The notes under the pieces are model-generated. The model was not told the DNA's origin. It made no database searches and saw nothing but the letters and a program-made list of their open reading frames with translations. Below are positions 37,481 to 46,703 of a stretch of 64,000 nt of DNA, one piece after another (positions within the stretch are counted from its first letter, which is position 1; each line of letters starts with the position of its first letter). The DNA lies in assembly GCA_036567345.1 (NCBI GenBank), contig DATCUQ010000020.1, positions 48,742-112,741 on the forward strand, written 5' to 3'. This stretch comes from Lutibacter sp. (GTDB lineage Bacteria; Bacteroidota; Bacteroidia; Flavobacteriales; Flavobacteriaceae). The position numbers and the translations under genes were made by a program.

Positions 37481-37589
37481 GGGTTGCAGTGGAAATCCTT
37501 TTTTGAGGTTTTTCGCCGAAAAAAAGATTGCAGCGAAAAACCCGACCCGAAGGGGAATGCCCACCAAAAAGGCAGGCAGGCCCAAATTA
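37481..37589. repeat. ~110-bp GC-rich dispersed element (TTGCAGTGGAAATCC ... GATTGCAGCG...GCCCAAATT)
   Basis: It shares both end motifs and an internal hairpin layout with 53195-53319. Confidence 0.55.
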
Positions 37590-37624
37590 TAAGGAAAAAT
37601 ACGATATTTATTGTGTTGAAAAGG

Positions 37625-38728
37625 CTATTTAACCACTCTTTTTATGCGCTGCGAGATGGCGGTAAGCAATTCGTAAGGAATGGTATTTGTGCGCTTTGCC
37701 AAATCTTCTATATGAATTTGATCTTTGAAAATAAGGACTTCATCGCCTTCTTGGCATTCGATGTTTGTGACATTCACCATCATCATATCCATACAAACAT
37801 TGCCAACAATGGGCGCTTTTTTGTTATTGATGTAAACATAGCCAACGCCATTGCCTAATTGTCGCGAAATTCCGTCGGCGTGGCCAATAGGGATGGTGGC
37901 GGTTTTAACGGTTTCTGTCGCTTTAAAAGCACGGTTATAGCCAACGGTTTCCCCATTTTCAACGGTTTGAATTTGGGAAATAACCGATTTTAAAGTAATT
38001 ACATTTTGCAATTTTGCGGTTTCGGCTTCGTCATTTGCAAATCCGTATAAACCGATTCCCAAACGCACCAACTCAAATTGCGCTTCTTCAGCATAATTGA
38101 TAATGCCCGAAGTGTTTAACATATGCCGAAAAGGTTTTGTTGGCAATTGCGGAATAAGTTGGGTTGAAATTTCTTTAAAAGTGTTGATTTGCTGTAACGT
38201 AAATTCCTGTTCGTTTAAATCTTCACTGGCGGCAATATGCGAAAAAACAGAAGCAACCCTGATTTCCTGTTGATTTTTAACCATTTCCAGAATTTCGGGA
38301 ATGTCTTTTTTTGTGAAACCCAATCGGTTTAAACCCGTGTTGAATTTTATATGAATGGGATAATTTTGAACTTTTAAATTTCTTGCTGATTCAATAACTG
38401 CTTTTAATAAAGTGATGGAATAAACGTTTGGCTCCAGATTGAATTTTATAATTTGCTCCAGATTGATTTTTTGCGGATGCAGCACCAAAATAGGCGTTTT
38501 AATTCCGGATTCTCTTAACGCGGCGCCTTCGTCCAAATAAGCCACGGCAAAATAGGCAACTTTTGGTTCCAGAAACTTGGCAACTTCAACCGAACTGCTG
38601 CCGTAACCAAAAGCTTTAACCACGGCCAAAACTTTTGTTTCGGGATGTAGTTTTGATTTAAAATAACTTAAATTGTGATCAATGGCGTTTAAATCTATCT
38701 CAAGCACCGTAACGTGACTATTTCCCAT
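37625..38728 (-). CDS. alr: alanine racemase
   Basis: [12 protein letters not shown]-lysine motif. 367 aa. Confidence 0.9.
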   Translation of the reverse strand: MGNSHVTVLEIDLNAIDHNLSYFKSKLHPETKVLAVVKAFGYGSSSVEVAKFLEPKVAYFAVAYLDEGAALRESGIKTPILVLHPQKINLEQIIKFNLEPNVYSITLLKAVIESARNLKVQNYPIHIKFNTGLNRLGFTKKDIPEILEMVKNQQEIRVASVFSHIAASEDLNEQEFTLQQINTFKEISTQLIPQLPTKPFRHMLNTSGIINYAEEAQFELVRLGIGLYGFANDEAETAKLQNVITLKSVISQIQTVENGETVGYNRAFKATETVKTATIPIGHADGISRQLGNGVGYVYINNKKAPIVGNVCMDMMMVNVTNIECQEGDEVLIFKDQIHIEDLAKRTNTIPYELLTAISQRIKRVVK

Positions 38729-39332
38729 TTTTTTCTTCGGCTTTTTTTATTTTTGCTTCCGTCATAGCTTTAAAGTAGGCGGAACGGCTTAACGGCTCAT
38801 ATTCTTGGGTTTCGCCCAGCAAAACAAGTTCGTCGCCGGCGGCGGTTCTATGACTGTAATGTGCCAAATTTCCTGTTCTTGTGCAAACTGCATGAACTTT
38901 GGTCACATATTCCGCAGTTGCCATAAGCGCCGGCATCGGGCCAAACGGATTGCCTTTAAAATCCATATCCAAACCCGCAACGATCACTCGAACGCCACGG
39001 TTTGCCAAATCGTTGCAAACGGCCACAATTTCCTCATCAAAAAACTGGGCTTCATCAATCCCGACAACGTCAACATCACTGGCTAAAAGTCTGATATTTG
39101 CCGATGAAGGAACAGGCGTGGACCTAATTTCATTGGCATCGTGCGAAACTACTTTTTCCACGTCATAACGCACATCAATGGCAGGTTTAAAAATCTCCAC
39201 TTTTTGTTTTGCAAATTGGGCTCTTTTCAGTCTGCGGATCAGTTCTTCGGTTTTACCGGAAAACATAGAGCCGCAAATTACTTCAATCCAGCCAAATTGT
39301 TCGTTATGATTTACTGTATTTTCAAGAAACAT
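38718..39332 (-). CDS. tdk: thymidine kinase
   Basis: [12 protein letters not shown]-loop with a C-terminal zinc-ribbon region. Confidence 0.92.
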   Translation of the reverse strand: MFLENTVNHNEQFGWIEVICGSMFSGKTEELIRRLKRAQFAKQKVEIFKPAIDVRYDVEKVVSHDANEIRSTPVPSSANIRLLASDVDVVGIDEAQFFDEEIVAVCNDLANRGVRVIVAGLDMDFKGNPFGPMPALMATAEYVTKVHAVCTRTGNLAHYSHRTAAGDELVLLGETQEYEPLSRSAYFKAMTEAKIKKAEEKNGK

Positions 39333-39503
39333 TTTGTAATTTCACGCTTGAAAGGTTATTGTATTTTTTTAAAATAAATGCAATGAAAATCTTGTTAAAT
39401 TTTTTTACATTCGTTTTTGTAAAATCATTTCGTAATTTACGATTTTGATATGATACAAATTTATTAAAAATTAATCAGCAACACTCATTTAACACGTCAA
39501 CTT

Positions 39504-40277
39504 ATGCACAAAAAATTAGAAGCCGAATTGGTAAGTCTGGCAAACAGCATTTTGCAAATGAAAAACAAGGATGATGTAAATGCATTGCATAAAAAAGCAC
39601 GAGATATTTACGAAAAACTCACGGTGTTGCGATTTGTGGAAGATTATGTTGAAAAATCACCAAACCTTTCCGATACGGAAGAAGAAACTATAAGCACGAA
39701 GCAGCAGGAATACGTTGAAGAGGAAGTTTTTGAAAGTAAAATGGTTGTTGATGATGTGGAGTTTGAAAGCAAAATGGCTGTTGAAATTCCTGAAGAAGCT
39801 GAAAAAAAAGAGGCGTTTTTGGAAGCAAAAATAGAAGAATTGTTTAATGAAGGCGATACCATCGTAAAAGAGACGGCGAAAAAAAGTTACGCGCTTCAAA
39901 TCTCCTTGGAAGATGAGTTTAAAGATGCCATTTCATCTGATATTGCAACCAATTTATTTGAAAGGGCAACCAAAGAAAATCCCATTATTAAAGAAGAAAT
40001 TGCAGAAAAACAAGAGATTAAACCGCGTTCATTAAACGACGCTTTGTTTAAAAATAACATACAGGTTGGCCTGAATGACCGTATCGCTTTTGTGAATCAA
40101 CTATTCGACGGAAGCCAGCAGGATTTTAACAGGGTTGTCTCTCAGTTAAATTCTTTTAAAACGGAAGAGGAAGCCAAAAATTTCATTTACGAATTTGTAA
40201 AACCTGATTACGATTGGAGCAATAAAGAAGAGTTTGAGCAACGGTTAATCAACTTAATTGAGCGTAAGTTTTTGTAA
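39504..40277 (+). CDS. acidic hypothetical protein
   Basis: 257-aa ORF with a Glu-rich central region. Confidence 0.65.
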   Translation: MHKKLEAELVSLANSILQMKNKDDVNALHKKARDIYEKLTVLRFVEDYVEKSPNLSDTEEETISTKQQEYVEEEVFESKMVVDDVEFESKMAVEIPEEAEKKEAFLEAKIEELFNEGDTIVKETAKKSYALQISLEDEFKDAISSDIATNLFERATKENPIIKEEIAEKQEIKPRSLNDALFKNNIQVGLNDRIAFVNQLFDGSQQDFNRVVSQLNSFKTEEEAKNFIYEFVKPDYDWSNKEEFEQRLINLIERKFL

Positions 40278-40344
40278 TTACGTTGCGAAATTGCCTGCCA
40301 GTGGCAGGTGCAAGCGCAGAAAACTTTTCTTATAATCACAAGCT

Positions 40345-40986
40345 ATGAATTATCTTTTGCTGGAAGCAGCACTTAAAAAAAGAACAAAACTCGACTATTT
40401 TTGGGGCAGAAAGCAGGACGATGAATTTGACAAACAGACCAATTTTATCTACAAAACGACCTCCTTTGAGTCTCTTTTGGAAACGATAGAAATCTACTTT
40501 AAAGACAACCCAAAATACAATGACTTAAAGAATTACGCCTTAAACCGATGGTTTAATTTTTGGTCGGCAAAAGCTGTTGAAAGCATTTTTTGCGAACATG
40601 AAAACGTCAAACCGCATTTAGATTCTTATAACAAATTCACCGATTTTTATATCCAAAACATTCCTTTTGACCATAAAACCACTGTTTTCCCAAAAGGGTT
40701 TGGGAAATCGGTTCCTTACGGAATTTTGCATAAAAGCGAATTGATTGCATGGCTGTATGAAAACCAGAGCCAGCAACAACGTAAACATCACAAAAACAGG
40801 CTTTTTATTGTTTTGGTAAATTATCAGGAAGAAGACGGACATTGGAAATTAAAATCGGAAATTGGCTGGCTCAAAGAAATAATCTCAGCTTATTTGCTTA
40901 ATTTTGACCGGTCAAAGCTTCACAGCTTTACTTTTGAAAACACCACCGTTTATGCCGATATTATTTGGGCAATAAAGGCCCCCTAA
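40345..40986 (+). CDS. hypothetical protein, candidate type II restriction endonuclease partner of the downstream methylase
   Basis: 213-aa ORF on the same strand, directly upstream of the MTase. There is a possible D..(D/E)xK-like DFYIQNIPFDHK. Function is inferred from context only. The last codons and the stop lie inside a GC-rich hairpin element. Confidence 0.4.
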   Translation: MNYLLLEAALKKRTKLDYFWGRKQDDEFDKQTNFIYKTTSFESLLETIEIYFKDNPKYNDLKNYALNRWFNFWSAKAVESIFCEHENVKPHLDSYNKFTDFYIQNIPFDHKTTVFPKGFGKSVPYGILHKSELIAWLYENQSQQQRKHHKNRLFIVLVNYQEEDGHWKLKSEIGWLKEIISAYLLNFDRSKLHSFTFENTTVYADIIWAIKAP

Positions 40987-41004
40987 CCCCCGAAGGGGGA
41001 ATTT
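40978..41004. repeat. GC-rich hairpin element (CCCCC-GAAG-GGGGG type)
   Basis: GGCCCCCTAACCCCCGAAGGGGGAATT. It contains the TAA stop of ORF 40345-40986. Confidence 0.75.
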
Positions 41005-41010
41005 AAAAAA

Positions 41011-41073
41011 GTTAAAAGTTAAAAGTTAAAATCGTAAATCAAAAATCGTCATCCTGAGCGCAGTCGAAGGGCG
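41011..41073. repeat. mosaic of short dispersed repeats between the R and M genes
   Basis: (GTTAAAA)x3 at 41011-41031. Exact 21-mer AAAATCGTAAATCAAAAATCG at 41028-41048. TCATCCTGAGCGCAGTCGAAGGGCG at 41049-41073. Confidence 0.7.
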
Positions 41074-41085
41074 TAAATCAAAACA

Positions 41086-42087
41086 GTGAATTATATAGGT
41101 TCTAAACATAAATTATCTTCTTTTATAAAAAATGCGGTTACAGAAACTGTTGGAACGGATTTGTCGAACCTGGTGTTTTGCGATTTGTTTGCGGGAACCG
41201 GCAGTGTCGGACGCACTTTTAAGCCTTTAGTGAAACAAGTCATCGCCAACGATGTTGAATTTTACAGCTATGTGTTGAATCGGAATTACATAGGAAACCA
41301 TCAAGAATTAATGTTTGAAGAACATCTCAGTTTCTTAAATAATTTAAAGGAATCGGAAGGATTTATATTTCACAATTACAGCGAAAACGGGAAGGAGGGA
41401 CGCTTGTATTTTTCTGCAGAAAACGGAAAAAAAATCGATGCCATCAGGCAGCAAATTGAAATCTGGAAAAAATCCGAAGAAATCTCGGATGATGACTACT
41501 TTTTTTTACTGGCTTCCTTAATTGAAAGTGCCGATAAAGTGGCAAATACCGCATCGGTTTATGGCGCGTATTTAAAACAACTGAAGAAATCGGCCCAAAA
41601 AGAATTGATTTTAAAACCTGCGTTATTTACGCTGAACAGCAACAAACACCAAGTTTTTAATACAGACAGCAACGCATTGATTAAAGAAATAAAAGGCGAT
41701 ATTTTGTATTTGGACCCGCCTTATAATAAGCGGCAATACGGGTCAAATTATCATTTGTTAAACACCATTGCAAAATATGATTCGTTTGTGCCACAGGGAA
41801 AAACGGGTTTGCGAACCTATTATCGATCTGATTATTGCAAAAAAAGTGAAGTCAAAAATTCATTCGAGGAATTGATAAAAAATGCTAACTTTAAATACAT
41901 CTTCTTAAGTTACAACAATGAAGGTTTAATGACGGAAGACGAAGTGAAAAGCGTGATGTCAACCTACGGAAAATATAGTTTGAAAACAACCAGTTATCAG
42001 CGTTTCAAAGCCGATAAAACAGAAAACAGAAACCATAAAGCAACTTCAACAGTTGAATATTTACACATTTTAGAAAAACAAATATGA
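41086..42087 (+). CDS. alpha-class N6-adenine DNA methyltransferase (D12/Dam-superfamily, FokI/NlaIII-like)
   Basis: NYIGSKHKL N-terminus, DLFAGTGSVG (motif I) preceding LYLDPPYNKRQYGSNYHLL (motif IV). GTG start. Confidence 0.85.
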   Translation: MNYIGSKHKLSSFIKNAVTETVGTDLSNLVFCDLFAGTGSVGRTFKPLVKQVIANDVEFYSYVLNRNYIGNHQELMFEEHLSFLNNLKESEGFIFHNYSENGKEGRLYFSAENGKKIDAIRQQIEIWKKSEEISDDDYFFLLASLIESADKVANTASVYGAYLKQLKKSAQKELILKPALFTLNSNKHQVFNTDSNALIKEIKGDILYLDPPYNKRQYGSNYHLLNTIAKYDSFVPQGKTGLRTYYRSDYCKKSEVKNSFEELIKNANFKYIFLSYNNEGLMTEDEVKSVMSTYGKYSLKTTSYQRFKADKTENRNHKATSTVEYLHILEKQI

Positions 42088-42683
42088 AAGCAGCCCAGTA
42101 CAACCAACTTTTTGATGAAACAATAAAAAAATACCACATTATTGATGAGGTGGATCAGCCGTTTGTAAATCCGTTTGATTCCAAGTCTTTTGAACATTTA
42201 TTGTACAGAAAAAATTGGATTGATACCGTGCAATGGCATTATGAAGATATTATTCGTTTGCCCAATATTGATCCGGTTGAAGCTTTGGTGTTGAAACGAA
42301 AAATTGACGCTTCCAATCAGGACAGAACAGACATGGTTGAATATATCGACAGCTATTTTTTGGAAAAATTTAAAAATGTAACCGTAAAAGAAGGCGCTAA
42401 AATAAATTCTGAAACGCCTGCTTGGGCAATTGACCGGCTGTCTATATTGGCCTTAAAAATATACCATATGCGTGAAGAAGCCACGCGCGAAACGGCTTCC
42501 GAAGAACACAGGGCAAAATGTCAGGAAAAATTGAACGTTTTGCTGGAGCAAAGAGTGGATTTATCCACCGCAATTGACGATTTGTTGCATGATTTTGCCA
42601 CCGGAGAAAAATACGTTAAAGTTTACAAACAAATGAAAATGTATAATGATGCGGACACCAACCCAATGTTGTATAAAAAATAA
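42084..42683 (+). CDS. DUF4254-like protein
   Basis: 199 aa. WIDTVQWHYEDIIR and WAIDRLSILALKIYHM match my recollection of the DUF4254 family. ATGA overlap with the MTase stop. Confidence 0.65.
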   Translation: MKAAQYNQLFDETIKKYHIIDEVDQPFVNPFDSKSFEHLLYRKNWIDTVQWHYEDIIRLPNIDPVEALVLKRKIDASNQDRTDMVEYIDSYFLEKFKNVTVKEGAKINSETPAWAIDRLSILALKIYHMREEATRETASEEHRAKCQEKLNVLLEQRVDLSTAIDDLLHDFATGEKYVKVYKQMKMYNDADTNPMLYKK

Positions 42684-43728
42684 TGGGCTTGTTAAAAAAC
42701 GCCTGATTGGTATTAAAATAGCATTGTTTTTTTTAACGCTTGTTGTTTTAAGTAGCTGTAAAAGTGCTTTGGCGCCAACTTTTTCCGCGCAGCAGCAACC
42801 GGCAGTCCCAAATTATGAGAATGCGGCAACCTGGGCTGTTTTGCCCGATTCCTATCCAGAAAATTTGAAACACTGGCAAACAAACACAACAGATTTAGAT
42901 GCCGATATCTTCTATATTTATCCTACCTTAAATATTGAAAAAAAAGATGTAAGATGGAACGTTCCGGTAACCGATTCAATTCAAAATGTTAAGGTGATTG
43001 ACATGGCGGTTTATTTTCAGGCATCTGCGTTTTTAAACGCCGGGAAATTGTATGTTCCTTATTACCGGCAGGCACATTTAAGGTCTTATACCAGTTATGA
43101 AAACGGCGGAAAAGAAGCGTTAAATTTGGCTTACAGTGATGTTAAAGAGGCTTTTAAAACCTATCTGGAAAAGTACAACAATAACAGGCCAATCATTATT
43201 GCATCCCACAGTCAGGGAACCACCCATGCAATCCGTATTTTAAAGGAATTTTTCGACGGAAAACCATTGCAAAACCAATTGGTGGCTGCTTATTTGCCGG
43301 GAATTGGCATCAAGAAAAATGAGTTTGAATATTTAAAGAGGATGACAAATCCAGCGGAAATTGGTGGATTTGTTAGCTGGAACACCTTCAAAAAAGGCCA
43401 TTATCCGAAAGCTTATAATAAATGGTTTAAAGGCGCTGAAGTTTCCAATCCTGTCGATTGGGACAACAGCAATGAATCTGAGCGTCCAGACCATAAAGGA
43501 TTTTTATTTACCAACGATAAAGTATATAAACAGGCATTACAAGTTTATGTAAAAGATGGACTTTTGTGGATTAGCCTGCCCCATTTTCCATACCGTTTAT
43601 TGGTGCTGGGCAAAAAGAGATACCACGCAGGCGACATCAATTTATTTTGGGAAGACATAAGTGAAAATGCAGTTTTACGTGTAGCATCTTACCTGAAAAA
43701 TCAAATGATTTCCGAAAACAAGAATTGA
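42646..43728 (+). CDS. alpha/beta-hydrolase-like lipoprotein (DUF3089-like)
   Basis: Lipobox VVLSSC and the nucleophile-elbow-like IIASHSQGT. Confidence 0.6.
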   Translation: MMRTPTQCCIKNNGLVKKRLIGIKIALFFLTLVVLSSCKSALAPTFSAQQQPAVPNYENAATWAVLPDSYPENLKHWQTNTTDLDADIFYIYPTLNIEKKDVRWNVPVTDSIQNVKVIDMAVYFQASAFLNAGKLYVPYYRQAHLRSYTSYENGGKEALNLAYSDVKEAFKTYLEKYNNNRPIIIASHSQGTTHAIRILKEFFDGKPLQNQLVAAYLPGIGIKKNEFEYLKRMTNPAEIGGFVSWNTFKKGHYPKAYNKWFKGAEVSNPVDWDNSNESERPDHKGFLFTNDKVYKQALQVYVKDGLLWISLPHFPYRLLVLGKKRYHAGDINLFWEDISENAVLRVASYLKNQMISENKN

Positions 43729-43742
43729 TTTGTTTTTCCATC

Positions 43743-44081
43743 TTACTTTTGAAAAATATCCACTCTTTTTTTAGTGTTTCCCACATAAACTTCATGGCCG
43801 TTAACAATAACGGGACGCTTTAAAAAAGTGTATTCGTCCAAAATCAATTGCCGATAGTCTTTTTCAGTTAATTGCTGATTTTTCAAATCCATTTCTTTAT
43901 ATTTTTTGGCGCTTCTGCTAAACAACACTTCATAGTTTTTTGTGAGTGCATACAACTCTTCCAACTGCTTTACGGTAATGGGTTCGGTTTTAATTTCCTG
44001 TAAAATATAGCCCGAAGTGTCCATTTCCTTTAAAATTCGTCTGCAGGTGTCGCAGGTTTTTAGGTGGTATATTTTTTTCAT
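43743..44081 (-). CDS. ArsC/Spx family protein
   Basis: MKKIYHLKTCDTCRR N-terminal CxxC-type motif. 112 aa. Confidence 0.8.
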   Translation of the reverse strand: MKKIYHLKTCDTCRRILKEMDTSGYILQEIKTEPITVKQLEELYALTKNYEVLFSRSAKKYKEMDLKNQQLTEKDYRQLILDEYTFLKRPVIVNGHEVYVGNTKKRVDIFQK

Positions 44082-44158
44082 TTTTTAAATGATGTTAATC
44101 CGTAAAATTAATGCGTTTTTGCTTTAAATTTGAAAACTATAAACAAAAAATCAACAGC

Positions 44159-44614
44159 ATGCAAAAACACTTTGATATCCTTATTAAAACTAGACAGCTT
44201 CTTTTAAAAATTACCGAACACCTTTCTATGGAGCAATTGAATAAAATTCCGCAGGGATTTAAAAACAACATCGCCTGGAATATTGCGCATTTGGCGGTGA
44301 CACAACAAATTTTATGTTATAAATTGTCGGGATTGAATTGCTTGGTTTCCGAAGAAATGATTGCCGGTTTCCAAAAGGGAACAGCGCCAAACCAACCCAT
44401 TTCAAAAGAAGAATTTGAAGCAATAAAAGCGCAATTTTTGCAGTTGCCTTTACAGTTGGAAGAAGATTACAAGAAGGGAATTTTCAAAAATTACAGTGAA
44501 TACAAAACGAGTGTAAATATCACCTTAAATTCTGTTGATGACGCCATTATGTTTAACACGTATCACGAAGGAATTCACCTTGGAATCATCCTTCAATTGA
44601 TGAAATTTGTTTAA
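44159..44614 (+). CDS. DinB family protein
   Basis: Four-helix DinB-like pattern (NIAWNIAHLAVTQQ ... YHEGIHLG). The ATG at 44159 is preferred over the track start at 44111. Confidence 0.65.
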   Translation: MQKHFDILIKTRQLLLKITEHLSMEQLNKIPQGFKNNIAWNIAHLAVTQQILCYKLSGLNCLVSEEMIAGFQKGTAPNQPISKEEFEAIKAQFLQLPLQLEEDYKKGIFKNYSEYKTSVNITLNSVDDAIMFNTYHEGIHLGIILQLMKFV

Positions 44615-44686
44615 AATTTTAGAATGATGAATAAATCCAAAACCAAAGATTATCAGTCTTTTTGCTGAAAATGAGCTTAAATATAA

Positions 44687-44694
44687 TACTTTTG
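44687..44694 (+). promoter_or_regulatory. Bacteroidetes -7 box (TACTTTTG), only 4 nt before the ATG
   Basis: Matches TAnnTTTG. The spacing implies a very short or absent leader. Confidence 0.35.
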
Positions 44695-44698
44695 TAAA

Positions 44699-45844
44699 AT
44701 GAAATTTAACACAAAAACAATCCACGGAAACCAAGCGCACGACCCTTCAACCGGAGCGGTTATGCCACCGATATATCAAACATCAACCTATGCGCAAACT
44801 TCACCTGGCGTTCATAAAGGTTACGAATATTCAAGAACTGCGAACCCAACGCGTACCGCGGTCGAAAATGCTTTTGCGAGTATTGAAAACGGGGAATTCG
44901 GACTTGCATTTGGTTCGGGTTTGGCAGCCATTGATTGCGTGATGAAATTATTGAGTCCCGGAGATGAGGTGATTTCAACCAACGATCTTTACGGTGGTTC
45001 CTACAGAATTTTTACAAAAATATTTGAGAATTACGGCATTAAGTTTCATTTTACAGGAATGGAAAATGCAGGCAATATTGAACAACATATTACTAAAAAA
45101 ACAAAATTGATTTGGGTTGAGACGCCGACCAATCCGATGATGAACATCATTGATATTGCAGCGGTTTCAGCAGTTGCCAAAAAACATCAAATTTTATTGG
45201 CGGTGGACAATACTTTTGCGACGCCTTATTTGCAAAATCCGTTGGATTTGGGTGCTGACATTGTAATGCATTCGGCCACAAAATATTTGGGCGGACATTC
45301 GGATGTGGTGATGGGCGCTTTAATTGTGAATGATAAAGCGCTGGCTGATAAACTGTATTTTATTCAAAATGCCTGCGGCGCCGTTTGCGGACCGATGGAC
45401 AGTTTTTTAGTGTTGCGAGGCATAAAAACCTTGCATGTGCGTATGCAACGCCATTGTGAAAACGGTAAAGCGGTGGCTGAATATTTGGCAAAACACCCAA
45501 AAATTGAAAAAGTATATTGGCCCGGATTTACAAGTCATCCAAACCACGAAATCGCCAAAAGGCAAATGAAAGATTTTGGCGGCATGGTTTCGTTTGTCAC
45601 CAAAGGCAACGACCTTAAAGACGCTTTTAAAATACTGGAAAACTTAAAACTGTTCACCTTGGCCGAATCTTTGGGCGGCGTTGAATCTTTGTCAGGCCAT
45701 CCGGCAAGTATGACGCATGCGTCTATTCCAAAAGCGGAACGCGAAAAAACTGGCGTGGTGGATTCTTTGATACGTTTAAGCGTAGGAATTGAAGATATTG
45801 AAGATTTATTGTCCGATTTAGACCAAGCCTTAAGTTTAGTTTAG
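44699..45844 (+). CDS. PLP-dependent cystathionine gamma-synthase / beta- or gamma-lyase family enzyme
   Basis: HSATKYLGGHSD PLP-lysine motif. 381 aa. Confidence 0.88.
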   Translation: MKFNTKTIHGNQAHDPSTGAVMPPIYQTSTYAQTSPGVHKGYEYSRTANPTRTAVENAFASIENGEFGLAFGSGLAAIDCVMKLLSPGDEVISTNDLYGGSYRIFTKIFENYGIKFHFTGMENAGNIEQHITKKTKLIWVETPTNPMMNIIDIAAVSAVAKKHQILLAVDNTFATPYLQNPLDLGADIVMHSATKYLGGHSDVVMGALIVNDKALADKLYFIQNACGAVCGPMDSFLVLRGIKTLHVRMQRHCENGKAVAEYLAKHPKIEKVYWPGFTSHPNHEIAKRQMKDFGGMVSFVTKGNDLKDAFKILENLKLFTLAESLGGVESLSGHPASMTHASIPKAEREKTGVVDSLIRLSVGIEDIEDLLSDLDQALSLV

Positions 45845-46645
45845 GTAGTAAACATAACCGATATGAACCCATAAAAGCCAATCATTAAATTTATTGGCCG
45901 GGTCATTTTTGGCGTTTAATCCATCTACATAGTTAGAAAAGAAATATTGCCAGCGGGATTCTATGAGTAAATCTGAATATTCGCCCAATTTATAACGTGT
46001 TCCAACACCGAAAGTGGCCGACATAGTAATGCCTGCTTCATCTTTAGTGGCGCCCGGATATAGGTTGTTGTCCCATTTTGGAAATAAAACACCTGGATCT
46101 CTCCAGTCACCGGTTCCGTAAGTTGATTTGATTGAGGGGTTATAATAATCAACAAAAGCGCCGGCACTTATGTAAGGTGACCAATGTAAATCCGGAATTC
46201 TTCTGGAACCGAAATCTACAATATCAACCCAATGAAATTCCATTTGTGCGCCTAAATTCAATAAATATGTTTTTCCGGTATGCGCTCGCAAGCGGTCTCC
46301 CCATTCTCCCGGACTTTCTGCATATTCCCCAAAGTGTTCTAATTCGGCCGACATGTAAGATGCTTCTGCCCGAACACGAAAATGTTCTGCAAAATAACCG
46401 GTACGCTGGTTCCAACGATACCGATAATCGGTAAAATTTAAATAATAGATTACGCCAATACCAACACCCACATTTCCGCCAACGTTGGCCCTGAAATTAT
46501 TTCGCTGCCCGTAGTCTGTCGTAAAAGACGCGGAACCTGATATAATACCAATTTCATGACTCTTTTCACTTTGGGCACTCAAGTTTAAAGTGAGAATTAA
46601 AAACAGTATTGAGGTTGTTATTTTTATTGATTTAGTCAAAAACAT
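45836..46645 (-). CDS. outer-membrane beta-barrel protein
   Basis: Signal peptide, alternating aromatic/Gly beta-strand pattern, and a C-terminal YVYYLN. Confidence 0.6.
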   Translation of the reverse strand: MFLTKSIKITTSILFLILTLNLSAQSEKSHEIGIISGSASFTTDYGQRNNFRANVGGNVGVGIGVIYYLNFTDYRYRWNQRTGYFAEHFRVRAEASYMSAELEHFGEYAESPGEWGDRLRAHTGKTYLLNLGAQMEFHWVDIVDFGSRRIPDLHWSPYISAGAFVDYYNPSIKSTYGTGDWRDPGVLFPKWDNNLYPGATKDEAGITMSATFGVGTRYKLGEYSDLLIESRWQYFFSNYVDGLNAKNDPANKFNDWLLWVHIGYVYYLN

Positions 46646-46703
46646 AAAAATTTAGTTGATTCAAATGTAATAAAAACTTCATTAATCACAAGACTAATTA
46701 AAT

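Noticed and set aside
37484-37858. 124-aa plus-strand ORF upstream of and overlapping alr
   Set aside because: Its 5' half is the translated GC-rich dispersed element and its 3' half is antisense to the well-supported alr gene. The analogous ORF 53133-53315 arises from the second element copy.
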